Source of the DNA: Octopus bimaculoides
Taxonomy: Eukaryota
Reading direction: 5' to 3'
Assembly: GCF_001194135.2 (NCBI RefSeq)
Contig: NC_068997.1
Coordinates: forward strand, 49,825,704 to 49,865,036
DNA: 39,333 bases
Shown here: positions 10,206-21,258 of the stretch, in pieces
How positions within the stretch are numbered: position 1 is the first letter of the stretch
Layout of the letters: every line of letters starts with the position of its first letter
Notes under the pieces: model-generated
The model's database searches: none
Told to the model about the DNA's origin: nothing
The model's input: the letters and a program-made list of their open reading frames with translations, nothing else
Made by a program: the position numbers and the translations under genes

Positions 10206-10977
10206 TATGTATGTACTTTTGTATGTTTGAAGATAATCAAACCAAATTTCCATCATTTCAAGCCACTCACCCAGTGAGTATTTCTGCCAAATTTGGTGTA
10301 AACCTGTTCAGCCCCTTTTCCAGTAATTTTGCAGACAAACAGACAAAGACAATACCCTGCTTTCACTTCCTTTCTTTTCAAGACTAAAAGAGAAAACTTG
10401 TGAAGAACTTGGCTGCTAATTTGAGCAGGTCAAGAGTTCTCTCTTAGTTTGACCCTTTTTCTTTATATTTCCTTAATTTCAATATATTTGATGGCCCTTT
10501 TCTACCCAAAAATGGCTTTAAAAATCCCCCTGCATCCAATGCACACAATGTATGCTAAAAACAGTATGTATGCTTACAAAACATGTGCTGCCATCTATTG
10601 GTGAACAATCACCTACGATATGTTTATATCAAATGTGGATGCAATAAATTGCTTATAGTTACCTGTAGTAACATAAAGTTATACAGGTTAAGTGGAGGAA
10701 TTAAAACATTATTTTAGTGGTAATTATTTTACAAAAGTATAGCCTAGGTTGTGTCTTGTAGGCGATCAAATACAGTAAATACTGACCACATCTGGTCTGT
10801 TTTCTGTTTTATATTCACAATTCACATCAGCAATATCTAGCCTCTCACACTTACTCTACAATGTCATTCTCAAACTAAACGATCATATCATCAGAATCTC
10901 AAAGCTACAAGATAATGCAGGATTAAATAAAAGTTATATCTGATGGAGTAATCTAAAGGATTAAAGAAATTCAATAC

Positions 10978-11121
10978 CTCGTAACTAGATGAGACAACAG
11001 CTCTGTGATAGAATTGTCCAAGTTGGGATAAAGGTTGCTTTGGCGTAAGCGTTGATGCAACTGGTCTGCTTTTTTTATCTGCTGCCGGTTTTCCCAGATC
11101 AGTTTGGCCAAAATAGAACAT
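10978..11121 (-). CDS. STAT: STAT exon, end of coiled-coil: xCSILAKLIWENRQQIKKADQLHQRLRQSNLYPNLDNSITELLSHLVT(S)
   Basis: gcattcag acceptor, AG|gtattg donor, 144 nt, phase 2 to 2. Matches STAT5 CEKLAEIIWQNRQQI...IISALVTS. The true frame differs from the ORF-track frame (MFYFGQ...). Confidence 0.92.
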
Positions 11122-11150
11122 CTGAATGCAAAGGAAATTAAGTCAATATT

Positions 11151-11153
<3 letters not shown>

Positions 11154-11191
<38 letters not shown>

Positions 11192-11444
11192 TAAATCGAT
11201 ATAAACGTATCTGTCAAGACCTACCAAAAACTGAGCAAATATAAAGATCTTGAAATAGAAATTAGCAAAATGTGGAACCTGAAGACTAAAACAATACCTA
11301 TTGTCATAGGTGCCCTGGGAATGACAGCGAAACGGGCTGATTACTACCTAGCTCAGATACCAGGAAACCCCAAAATGGCTGAAGTTCAAAAGATAGTGCT
11401 CATGGGAACTGCCCATATCCTACGTAAAATACTGTCTATGTGAT
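11154..11444 (+). mobile_element. 5'-truncated R4/Dong-like RLE retrotransposon fragment preceded by (AAT)n, running into a gap
   Basis: KLSKYKDLEIEISKMWNLKTKTIPIVIGALG...QKIVLMGTAHILRKILSM*. (AAT)n at about 11154-11187. Confidence 0.8.
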
Positions 11445-14400
11445 NNNNNNNNNNNNNNNNNNNNNNNNNNNNNNNNNNNNNNNNNNNNNNNNNNNNNNNN
11501 NNNNNNNNNNNNNNNNNNNNNNNNNNNNNNNNNNNNNNNNNNNNNNNNNNNNNNNNNNNNNNNNNNNNNNNNNNNNNNNNNNNNNNNNNNNNNNNNNNNN
11601 NNNNNNNNNNNNNNNNNNNNNNNNNNNNNNNNNNNNNNNNNNNNNNNNNNNNNNNNNNNNNNNNNNNNNNNNNNNNNNNNNNNNNNNNNNNNNNNNNNNN
11701 NNNNNNNNNNNNNNNNNNNNNNNNNNNNNNNNNNNNNNNNNNNNNNNNNNNNNNNNNNNNNNNNNNNNNNNNNNNNNNNNNNNNNNNNNNNNNNNNNNNN
11801 NNNNNNNNNNNNNNNNNNNNNNNNNNNNNNNNNNNNNNNNNNNNNNNNNNNNNNNNNNNNNNNNNNNNNNNNNNNNNNNNNNNNNNNNNNNNNNNNNNNN
11901 NNNNNNNNNNNNNNNNNNNNNNNNNNNNNNNNNNNNNNNNNNNNNNNNNNNNNNNNNNNNNNNNNNNNNNNNNNNNNNNNNNNNNNNNNNNNNNNNNNNN
12001 NNNNNNNNNNNNNNNNNNNNNNNNNNNNNNNNNNNNNNNNNNNNNNNNNNNNNNNNNNNNNNNNNNNNNNNNNNNNNNNNNNNNNNNNNNNNNNNNNNNN
12101 NNNNNNNNNNNNNNNNNNNNNNNNNNNNNNNNNNNNNNNNNNNNNNNNNNNNNNNNNNNNNNNNNNNNNNNNNNNTTATTGAGCGAAAACACCTAAAGCT
12201 CCACGAAGCTCCGGCAGGGGATGGTGGCAAACCCTGCTGTACTATTTCACCACAACTTTCTCTCACTCTTACTTCCTGTTTCTGTTGCGCCTGTAATTCA
12301 AAGGGTCAGCCTTGTCACACTGTGTCACGCTGAATATCCCCGAGAACTACGTTAAGAGTATACGTGTCTGTGGAGTGCTCAGCCACTTGCACGTTAATTT
12401 CACGAGCAGGCTGTTCCGTTGATCGGATCAACTGGAACCCTCGACGTCGTAAGCGACGGAGTGCCAACAACAATAATGATAAAGTTATTAAATTCTTCAT
12501 TATTTTCAAAATTGGTTGAAATAATCTAATGTAACAAAAGGGTTAACAATGACAAATGTTATTAATTTTACTAAATTCATTATTTTCAAAATTAATTAAA
12601 ACAAAGGCAGCATATTTCAACAGAAATGTAGTAGCAAAAGGGTTGATAGTTACAAAGTTATTTTATGAAATTCAGCTTATTTTCAAAACTAGGTGAAACA
12701 AAAACAAAGGATTTCAGCAGAAATTATGTAACGAAAGGGTTAATAAAGTCAAAGAAATGATAGGGGATAAGCATCAACAATTTAACATAACGACGTCAAT
12801 ATCAATAGTCAAGCAGTGATTGGGGACAAACACAGACAAAAAGACATATACACAAACAGACAAAAAGACACACATACATACACATACACATAATGGACTT
12901 CTTTCAGTTTCCATCTACCAAATCCACTCACAAGGCTTTGGTTGGCCTAGGTCTGTAGTAGAAGGCACTTGCCCAAGGTGCCACATAATAGGACTGAACC
13001 CAGAACCATGTGGTTGAGAAGCAAACTTCTTATCACACAGTCATGCCTGCACCAACATATGAATGAAATTAGAAGGGAAACTGTGAAGAAGCCTGTTGCA
13101 GGACCTGTTCCTATTCTCAAGTTGTAAACTTAACCCTTCACCTAATTTAACCATCTGGGCTGCCAGGTGGTAATCCCTCTACACAACACCTTGGGTAAAT
13201 GTCATCTACCATAAATTCAAGGTCAACTAATGAAAGACAAGAAATTATAGGAAACAGAAACTGTGCAGAAGCCTGTAGAGGTATTGCTCCTACTCTTTAA
13301 CCTGTTGCTCAGTTTAACATCACTATCTGGCCCTTGGGTGGCTTTAGTAAACTGCACTCTGCTACATAGGCTGATGCATCAGATAGGTGCCCAGTCAACA
13401 GACACGCCTTCGTCTTGGAAAGCCCAGAATCAGATCATGGAACCTATCCTGTATTCCTCAAATTAAGTAATTAAATTAATAAACATCAATAAATAAATTA
13501 AATGAAAAAGGTAAGAAATATTCTTTTCTACTCTAGGCACAAGGTCCGAAATTTTTGGGGAGGGGGCCAGTAGATTAGATCGATCCCAGTACACAACTGG
13601 TACTTACTTTATCAAACCCGAAAGGATGAAAGGCAAAGTCGACCTTGGCGGAATTTGAACTCGGAATATAAAACCAGACGAAATACTGCTAAACATTTTG
13701 CCCCATGTGCTAACATTTCTACCAACTCACTTCCTCAAAGGATGAAAGGCAAAGTCGACCTTGGCGGAANNNNNNNNNNNNNNNNNNNNNNNNNNNNNNN
13801 NNNNNNNNNNNNNNNNNNNNNNNNNNNNNNNNNNNNNNNNNNNNNNNNNNNNNNNNNNNNNNNNNNNNNNNNNNNNNNNNNNNNNNNNNNNNNNNNNNNN
13901 NNNNNNNNNNNNNNNNNNNNNNNNNNNNNNNNNNNNNNNNNNNNNNNNNNNNNNNNNNNNNNNNNNNNNNNNNNNNNNNNNNNNNNNNNNNNNNNNNNNN
14001 NNNNNNNNNNNNNNNNNNNNNNNNNNNNNNNNNNNNNNNNNNNNNNNNNNNNNNNNNNNNNNNNNNNNNNNNNNNNNNNNNNNNNNNNNNNNNNNNNNNN
14101 NNNNNNNNNNNNNNNNNNNNNNNNNNNNNNNNNNNNNNNNNNNNNNNNNNNNNNNNNNNNNNNNNNNNNNNNNNNNNNNNNNNNNNNNNNNNNNNNNNNN
14201 NNNNNNNNNNNNNNNNNNNNNNNNNNNNNNNNNNNNNNNNNNNNNNNNNNNNNNNNNNNNNNNNNNNNNNNNNNNNNNNNNNNNNNNNNNNNNNNNNNNN
14301 NNNNNNNNNNNNNNNNNNNNNNNNNNNNNNNNNNNNNNNNNNNNNNNNNNNNNNNNNNNNNNNNNNNNNNNNNNNNNNNNNNNNNNNNNNNNNNNNNNNN

Positions 14401-14772
14401 NNNNNNNNNNNNNNNNNNNNNNNNNNNNNNNNNNNNNNNNNNNNNNNNNNNNNNNNNNNNNNNNNNNNNNNNNNNNNNNNNNNNNNNNNNNNNNNNNNNN
14501 NNNNNNNNNNNNNNNNNNNNNNNNNNNNNNNNNNNNNNNNNNNNNNNNNNNNNNNNNNNNNNNNNNNNNNNNNNNNNNNNNATAGTTTTAGGGAAAAGAA
14601 CCAAGGTTCATGAACTCATCAATGAAAATCTACTGTCACATATAGAAAAATTAATAATTAAAAGCACAATAAATGAGTATAATATAATACCAAGTAAATA
14701 TCATAAGATAAAGATAATAAAATGACTACACGTGTTTCATAACTAATTTTCATATATATATATATATATATA

Positions 14773-14983
14773 CAGGGTGATAGAAAAGTAACACTCTATT
14801 TTGAAATACTTATAAATTATTTATTAACTGTAATTTTTACAAAAAAATGCATATGAGAGGAAAGCTTTAAGCATTAGGTTTTATTTATACTTCAAAAAAC
14901 AAACACAAAAAATTTGAGAAAAAAATTATAATTAATAACTTATAAATATTTCAAAATAGGGAATTAACTTTTCAATTACCCTG
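14773..14983. mobile_element. Tc1/mariner-type MITE
   Basis: Imperfect TIRs CAGGGTGATAGAAAAGT..TATTTTGAAATA / TATTTCAAAATA..ACTTTTCAATTACCCTG, flanked by TA on both sides. Confidence 0.82.
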
Positions 14984-14997
14984 TACACACGCACATA

Positions 14998-15495
14998 TGA
15001 TGATGATGATGATGATGATGATGACCATTGCTGACCTTCAGGAACATTGTGCACTCTAGGACTAACTTATATTTTGCCTTTGTGGCTCCGTTGGTGGCTA
15101 ATGAGTCCTGCTCTGGACAAGCATACACGACTGCAAACATTGCAAACCAAGCTTTCCTCATTCACTACACCAGCAGTGTGCTATCGAGCAGCACGCTTAA
15201 GCTCTTCATGCAGGATACGTGCTCTCACAAAAGTGTTGACTCCTTCCTGAACCCGCTTCCTCCATCCGTGGCAATGACAGGCATTGCTCTCCCAGTCAGT
15301 CTCCTGCATATCACTGGCCTTTAATGAGAACTTGACACAGTCCTTAAATCACAGCCTTGGTTTCTGCTGGGGTCCCTTTCCATTCACAATTTCCCCCATA
15401 TAGCATCTGCTTAGGGATCCTGCTGTCCTTCATTCTAATAAGGTGTCCAATCCAATATAACCAGTGTTTGTGCACCATCACATCGATACTCAAGA
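14998..15495 (-). mobile_element. Decayed non-LTR retrotransposon ORF2 C-terminus (RTE-like) with (CAT)n tail
   Basis: WIGHLIRMKDSRIPKQMLYG and (frameshifted) KDCVKFSLKASDMQETDWE...WRKRVQEGV, typical of the post-RT region of RTE-like LINEs. Confidence 0.78.
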
Positions 15496-15596
15496 TATCC
15501 TCAGGACATACATATATATACATATATACAGTAACATTTTTAATTAGGAAGTACAAGGACAGGACTACACATCGTCTTTGCCTTTGCTTTGCAGCT

Positions 15597-15975
15597 TTTA
15601 TTGCCTCTACATAAGCAAAAGCAGAGGTATTGTTTTCAGTCGCGTTTGTTTGTCCATGGACAAGATATCTCAAGAACTGCTGGATGGATTTGGATGAAAC
15701 TTTCATGAATGTTTGGCCTTGTGACTAGCACAAACTGATTCGATTTCAGGACTGATCTGGTACCGGACAAGGATTCTGGATTATTTTTTCTGTTTTTTTT
15801 TAACTTAATTTTTGAGAGTGGTCGAGTTCAATTTTAGTATTCTCATTTTTGAAAACAGTCGAGTTTATTTCAGATATTCGCATTTTAAAAATCCTCTCTG
15901 GCTAATTATTGAGAGGATGTTGGGGTAGCCTTGGCAGAGGTTTGCGCTCTCTGAATGCACTTGTTCTTTCTAATT
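15597..15975 (+). mobile_element. Non-autonomous element resembling Helentron-associated HINE/DINE-like repeats
   Basis: Starts TTTATTGCCTC..GCAGAGGTATTGTTTTC..GTTTGTTTGTCC..GGATGGATTTGGATGAAACTT and ends GGCAGAGGTTTGCGCTCTCTGAATGC. A related fragment lies at about 10270-10365 (-). Classification is by recalled motif. Confidence 0.5.
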
Positions 15976-16206
15976 TTGATACTTGACTGGTATGTTATTT
16001 TATCAACCTCAAAAGGATGAAATGCAATGTTCACTTTGACATAACTAAATTTTAGCTTGCTTACCAACCACATGGTCCCGGGTTCAGTCCCATTGCGTGG
16101 CACCTTAGGCAAGTGTCTTCAACTATAGCCTCGGGCCAACCAAAGCCTTGTGAGTGGATTTGGTAGATGGAAACTGGAAGAAGCCTGTCGTATATGTATA
16201 TATGTA

Positions 16207-16240
<34 letters not shown>

Positions 16241-16869
16241 NNNNNNNNNNNNNNNNNNNNNNNNNNNNNNNNNNNNNNNNNNNNNNNNNNNNNNNNNNNN
16301 NNNNNNNNNNNNNNNNNNNNNNNNNNNNNNNNNNNNNNNNNNNNNNNNNNNNNNNNNNNNNNNNNNNNNNNNNNNNNNNNNNNNNNNNNNNNNNNNNNNN
16401 NNNNNNNNNNNNNNNNNNNNNNNNNNNNNNNNNNNNNNNNNNNNNNNNNNNNNNNNNNNNNNNNNNNNNNNNNNNNNNNNNNNNNNNNNNNNNNNNNNNN
16501 NNNNNNNNNNNNNNNNNNNNNNNNNNNNNNNNNNNNNNNNNNNNNNNNNNNNNNNNNNNNNNNNNNNNNNNCAGTTGCAACAATGATGATAATGGTGATG
16601 GTGGTGAATTAGCCGAGGAGGGAGAGACCAGAGAGTAGTGGTGGTAGTAGTGGTGGTGGCGATTGTGGTCATAGTGCTGCCGCTTCAAGATAAAAAATCT
16701 GTGTTAATTCATTGTTAGCACATGTTTATATAAGAGAGAGAGACAGACAGAGAGACAGACAGAAAGAGAATAACACACTGAATGAGAGAATGAAAGCTAG
16801 AATGAGAGAATGAAAGCTAGAATGAGAGAAAGAAGGAATGGCAAGAGAAAGAATCAAGGAAACGGTTAC

Positions 16870-16963
16870 CATCAGCCTGCATAGTCATTGTCTTATATTC
16901 CTGTAATTCAACGTTGAAAACTTCCTGGTCTTCTTGCAGCCTCACAATCAGATCACTAGTACG
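16870..16963 (-). CDS. STAT: STAT exon, coiled-coil helix 1: RTSDLIVRLQEDQEVFNVELQEYKTMTMQAD(G)
   Basis: catatctag acceptor, G|gtaacc donor, 94 nt, phase 0 to 1. Similar to STAT5 ELKKLQQTQEYFIIQYQE. Confidence 0.87.
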
Positions 16964-17318
16964 CTAGATATGAAACAGAAAAACTTCTTTGCTTTAATTG
17001 TCCAAGAATATTTTTTCTGCACAATATTATACATACATCATCATCATCAGCGTTGTTTAACGTCCGCTTTCCATGCTAGCATGGGTTGGACGATTTGACT
17101 GAGGACTGGTGAAACCAGATGGCTACACCAGGCTCCAATCTAATTTGGCAGAGTTTCTACGGCTGGATGCCCTTCCTAACGCCAACCACTCAGAGAGTGT
17201 AGTGGGTGCTTTTACATGTCACCTGCACGAGGGCCAGTCAGGCGGTACTGGCAACAGCCACGCTCAAAATGGTGTCTTTTATGTGCCACCTGCATATATA
17301 TATATATATATATATATA

Positions 17319-17650
17319 CGAGGTCTGATAAATAAGTATCAGTACTGTTGACATAGTAATGAAGCTACAGCTTGCAGAGTGATGCCACTTGGCACAGATT
17401 GACCTTGAGCTCTGCTGTGTATGTGCACTAAGTTTTAACATTCTAGCTCACTTCTGCTGTTTACAGCAGTGCTTCGAAGGAAGGTGTGTAGCGTGTGATT
17501 CTTGTATTGACCATGACAAAGAACGCTGCCATGGTAATACCTGCTCAGAGGCCTATGCAGAGTTTCAGAAAGTGTATGGAGAGGAGTGTATGAGCCAATC
17601 ACAAGTGTAGAAGCGATTCAGACGTTTCCAAGGTGGCCATAAAAATGTTG
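17319..17650 (+). mobile_element. Mariner transposon 5' end with decayed transposase HTH
   Basis: TA|CGAGGTCTGATAAATAAGTATC terminus. GNTCSEAYAEFQKVYGEECMSQSQV*KRFRRFQGG resembles the mariner N-terminal HTH. Confidence 0.8.
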
Positions 17651-17845
17651 TAAAGAAATGCCAATCGCTAACTGTGGAGGGAACTTGTGGTAGAGGTAGA
17701 CCCAGGGAGACATGGAATGAGGTGGTGAAGCATGATCTTTGGACTTTGAGCCTCACAGAGGCAATGGCTAATGACCAAGACCTTTGACAATGTGCTGTGC
17801 TTGAGAGGACCCATCAAGCCAAGTGCACCCGTGCTGCTGGCATGT
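17650..17845 (+). mobile_element. RTE-clade LINE ORF 3' end
   Basis: VKKCQSLTVEGTCGRGRPRETWNEVVKHDL...AMANDQDL*..VLERT, with the GRPRxTW motif. Confidence 0.8.
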
Positions 17846-18292
17846 AAAGAACAGCTTTCCAGCGTTGGCAAAGTACCATGTACCATATGTATGTATTTGG
17901 GTGTCTGCGTTTGTTTCCCCCCCCCCCCCAATCATCACTTGACAACTGATGTCAGTGTGTTTATGCCCCTGAAACTTGGCAGTTTGGCAAAAGAGACCGA
18001 TAGAATAAGTACTAGGCTTACAAAGAATAAGTCTTGGAGTCGATTTCTTCGACTAAAGGCGGTGCTCCAGCATGGCCGCAGTCAATTGACTGAAAAGAGC
18101 AAAAGAGTAAAAAACAGTACTACACTCAAGAGGCAGGTGTAACAGTTGATCAGCTGACTTTTGGAATAGATATCCCCACCCCATGGAGAAAGAAACGAGC
18201 AAAGAATTGAGTGATTGCTTAATCCTTTGGCAAATAAAAAATTGGCTGTCAGGAATAAGAAAGGATTACAAAAACCAAGATAAAGTAAATAC

Positions 18293-18370
18293 CTTTGTTG
18301 CAGCCTTCAGTTCCTCCAAGACTATCATCTTTTCACCATTTTCATAAAGTTGGCTGCTGTCAAGCTCACC
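18293..18370 (-). CDS. STAT: STAT exon, N-domain/coiled-coil junction: GELDSSQLYENGEKMIVLEELKAATK
   Basis: Long pyrimidine tract ending ttcttcag, donor AAG|gtattt. 78 nt, phase 0 to 0, the only open frame. Low sequence conservation but phases fit both neighbours. Confidence 0.78.
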
Positions 18371-18754
18371 CTGAAGAAAAAGAAAATTGAAAATCAGACA
18401 AAATAATTATATTGGAATTTTCTACTTACCTTTGTCACCCAAAAGAGCATAACGATTTATATTATGTAGTAATAACCATGTAGCAGATGTGTGTGTGTGG
18501 CCGAATGCATTCACGATCACAAGATTTTCATTTTGATTCAGGAGATGCTATTATGAAAGACTGCTGAATGTAGAGAATGAATGGGGGGGGGGGGCAGAGA
18601 GTCTCTCAAATGTTGATCTAATTGAGAGACCAGCTATCCAAATTAACAGTAATTTGGTAGATAAAACAATTAAAGATATGAAGATATGGAAAGCCACCCC
18701 ACCCCACCCCCGGCTTATCAGGAATCACCACTGAGATGCTTATAATATCTGATA

Positions 18755-18970
18755 GTGTGGGTTATGGTGTAGTCACCCATATTGTAAATCAGGTAGTTCA
18801 CAAAGGAGTCATACCCAACGACTGGTGTAGTAGCACCATAGTCAACTGCTACAAAGGTAAAGGTGATGCCTTAGATAGAATAATCACAGAGATATCAAAC
18901 TGTTGCATCAGGTGATGAAAGTTACAGAGAGGGTCATAGCACAAGTAATTAGAGAGAGTTGGTCTAGATG
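18755..18970 (+). mobile_element. RTE-clade LINE reverse transcriptase N-terminal fragment
   Basis: VIPNDWCSSTIVNCYKGKGDALDR..IKLLHQVMKVTERVI with a frameshift. Confidence 0.82.
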
Positions 18971-19375
18971 TAGAAACTAGGGATAGATAAATGGTTGGTG
19001 GGAGCTGTACAGGCTTGAGAAGGGAGGACGCCCAAAACCAGGCAAGATGGCAAGATGGTATGAGGGTGGTTGCTATGGCATTGAGGTAGATCTGGCCATA
19101 CCTGTTAACGGGGACAAAACCTGGATGTAAAACACTGGATGATGATAATGAAATGGCTATGAGGGTCCACCTGAGTAAAACAGGGACCAGAAGGGTCCAT
19201 AAGCAGAAAATGCTTCAACCTTTTACCATCCAACCTGGAGGGAAGACGAACAGCGAACACAAACAGATTTTACAGATTTCCTCAATAATTTAGTAACTGA
19301 TTCTTAAAGCTAGTTACTAAAAGACTTATTGGAATGGTTGGATTCCTGGGCTTTGAATAAAATAAAATAACTTAC

Positions 19376-19468
19376 ATTGCCTTCATTCATGTTGACATAA
19401 TTCTGTTCAATCGTAAGACATTTCTTTATGGAATGAACCAATAACAAAGGGTTCGGAGAGTAGATTCT
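19376..19468 (-). CDS. STAT: STAT exon, end of N-domain: RIYSPNPLLLVHSIKKCLTIEQNYVNMNEGN
   Basis: tttttcag acceptor, AAT|gtaagt donor, 93 nt open. Similar to STAT5 [24 protein letters not shown]. Not in the ORF track. Confidence 0.88.
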
Positions 19469-19784
19469 CTGAAAAATAAATTTTCATAAAGAAATTAGTA
19501 TGGAATTAGTATGCAATGATGCAGTTGTTATTATTTTTGTTGTTGTTTAACCCCAGGCTGAGCCAGCTAATGACCAGAGATAGTGATGATCAAAAGTATT
19601 TCAATGAGGACTGTTCTGACTGACTGGCAGCTAATTAGTTGCTCATTAGAGCACCATCATCATTTAGTATTGTTATTTTCATCATTTAATGTTTGGCTTT
19701 CTTGCTCACATGGGTTGCAGACATTATTTACATTATTTATATTATTTACATTTGACGGATATTTGTCCTCGTCTTGTTGGTTGT

Positions 19785-19828
19785 TAACACGTTTCGGCTG
19801 ATATACCCTCCAGCCTTCATCAGGTGTC
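19785..19828 (-). ncRNA. Hammerhead-like motif (copy B), intact core and stem II but 3 nt shorter at the cleavage site
   Basis: GACAC-CUGAUGA-A-GGCUG-GAGGGUAUAU-CAGCC-GAAAC-GUGUU. Confidence 0.5.
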
Positions 19829-19897
19829 TTGGGGAAATTTCGAACCCGAGTTCTCATTCCTAAGGTATTTTTCGATGTTATTATTATTATTATTGTT

Positions 19898-20456
19898 CAG
19901 TAGTTTTATTTTTATAACGTGCTTTCACTTCACTACCGAGCGCAGCTCTGTATGCCTTGGGTATGTGCTGTGGTGCTCTTATGGTTACTGTATTGAAAGT
20001 GTTTTGCGTAGAATGTGTGCAGTACCCAGTAGTGCAATTTTCTGTATGTTATATATATTTGTAAGTCCTGGTGTTTTTGTTATGTATTTGTCTGAATATT
20101 TTTTTATTATACCTAANNNNNNNNNNNNNNNNNNNNNNNNNNNNNNNNNNNNNNNNNNNNNNNNNNNNNNNNNNNNNNNNNNNNNNNNNNNNNNNNNNNN
20201 NNNNNNNNNNNNNNNNNNNNNNNNNNNNNNNNNNNNNNNNNNNNNNNNNNNNNNNNNACCTCTATTTCCAGGTCTTTGTATTTTGAAAGTTTCTCCATTT
20301 CTTTTAGGGAAACGTTGTCATCTGCTGGTATTGATACATCAATTAGAAAGCATTTTTTCCCTTCATGATCTTTGACAACTATATCTGGTCTATTGGCCTT
20401 AATTTCTCTATTTGTGTGTATTGGTATATCCCAGAGTATGGTTGCTTTCTCATATC
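19898..20456 (-). mobile_element. 5'-truncated R4/Dong-like element: RLE endonuclease domain plus 3'UTR
   Basis: ATILWDIPIHTNREIKANRPDIVVKDHEGKKCFLIDVSIPADDNVSLKEMEKLSKYKDLEIE...QKIALLGTAHILRKTLSIQ*, a PD-(D/E)xK RLE motif. Gap at 20117-20257. Confidence 0.87.
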
Positions 20457-20459
20457 ATT

Positions 20460-20515
<56 letters not shown>

Positions 20516-21258
20516 GCAGGTCACTGCCTGGAATTGAACTTGGAATCTTGGGATTAGTAGCTTGCACTCTTAACCACTACGCCATATGCCCATGTACATA
20601 ATTCCTCATCTCTTAAATATAGAACTGAAAATGGGTTGCATAGTTTGTCAGAATCTGACAAGTCAGAGGAGGACTGTCTCATGTTGCCCAGAGTCTACTT
20701 TAGCATGGTTTCTATGGCTGGATGTCCTGTTCTAATGCCAGCTACTTTGAAGAGTGTACTGGATAATAAAGGTGCCAAGCTGGCAGAAACGTTAACACAC
20801 CAGGCAAAATGCTTAGCAGTATTTCATCTGTCTTTACGTTCTGAGTTCAAATCCTGCCAAGGCTGACTTTGCCTTTCATTCTTTCAGGGTCAATGAATTA
20901 AGTACCAGCTGCACATGTATGATGAAAAAAAAATGGATGTGAAATGATCCTTTTTCAGGACAGACCAGTGGCACATAATGGCTGTTGTACTGAGTATGCT
21001 GCCACACACGGTGCCACCAAATTTCAAGCAAGGGTATAACAAAAGTTTTCCATTAAGATTTTTGATTAAATTAATGAGCAAGGTTGATATTTATAATGAA
21101 TTTGCCATTTTTGATGGGTGTGCAGTGCACACCTAGCACACCCAGAATATACGCCTCTGGGACAGACCTGGAACCAAACAATAGCAAGAACAACAACAAC
21201 AACTGCAACATCATCAACAGTAACAACACCAGCTACTACCATCATGTTATGGACTTAC

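Larger units (their letters stand above)
19730..20613 (-). mobile_element. tRNA-head/(AAT)n/hammerhead repeat (copy B), split by a nested R4/Dong-like fragment
   Basis: Head at about 20517-20592, (TAT)n at 20457-20515, insert at 19898-20456, (TAT)n at 19878-19894, hammerhead segment at 19730-19877. Confidence 0.82.

Noticed and set aside
10300-10385. ttttag followed by LEKKGSES, resembling STAT KGxES
   Set aside because: It runs into a repeat related to 15597-15700, and the corresponding STAT segment is already encoded at 6734-6775 and 6142-6222.
10891-11121. ORF-track protein MFYFGQTDLGK... starting with an ATG right after an acceptor
   Set aside because: Wrong frame. The +1 frame gives the STAT coiled-coil sequence CSILAKLIWENRQQI.
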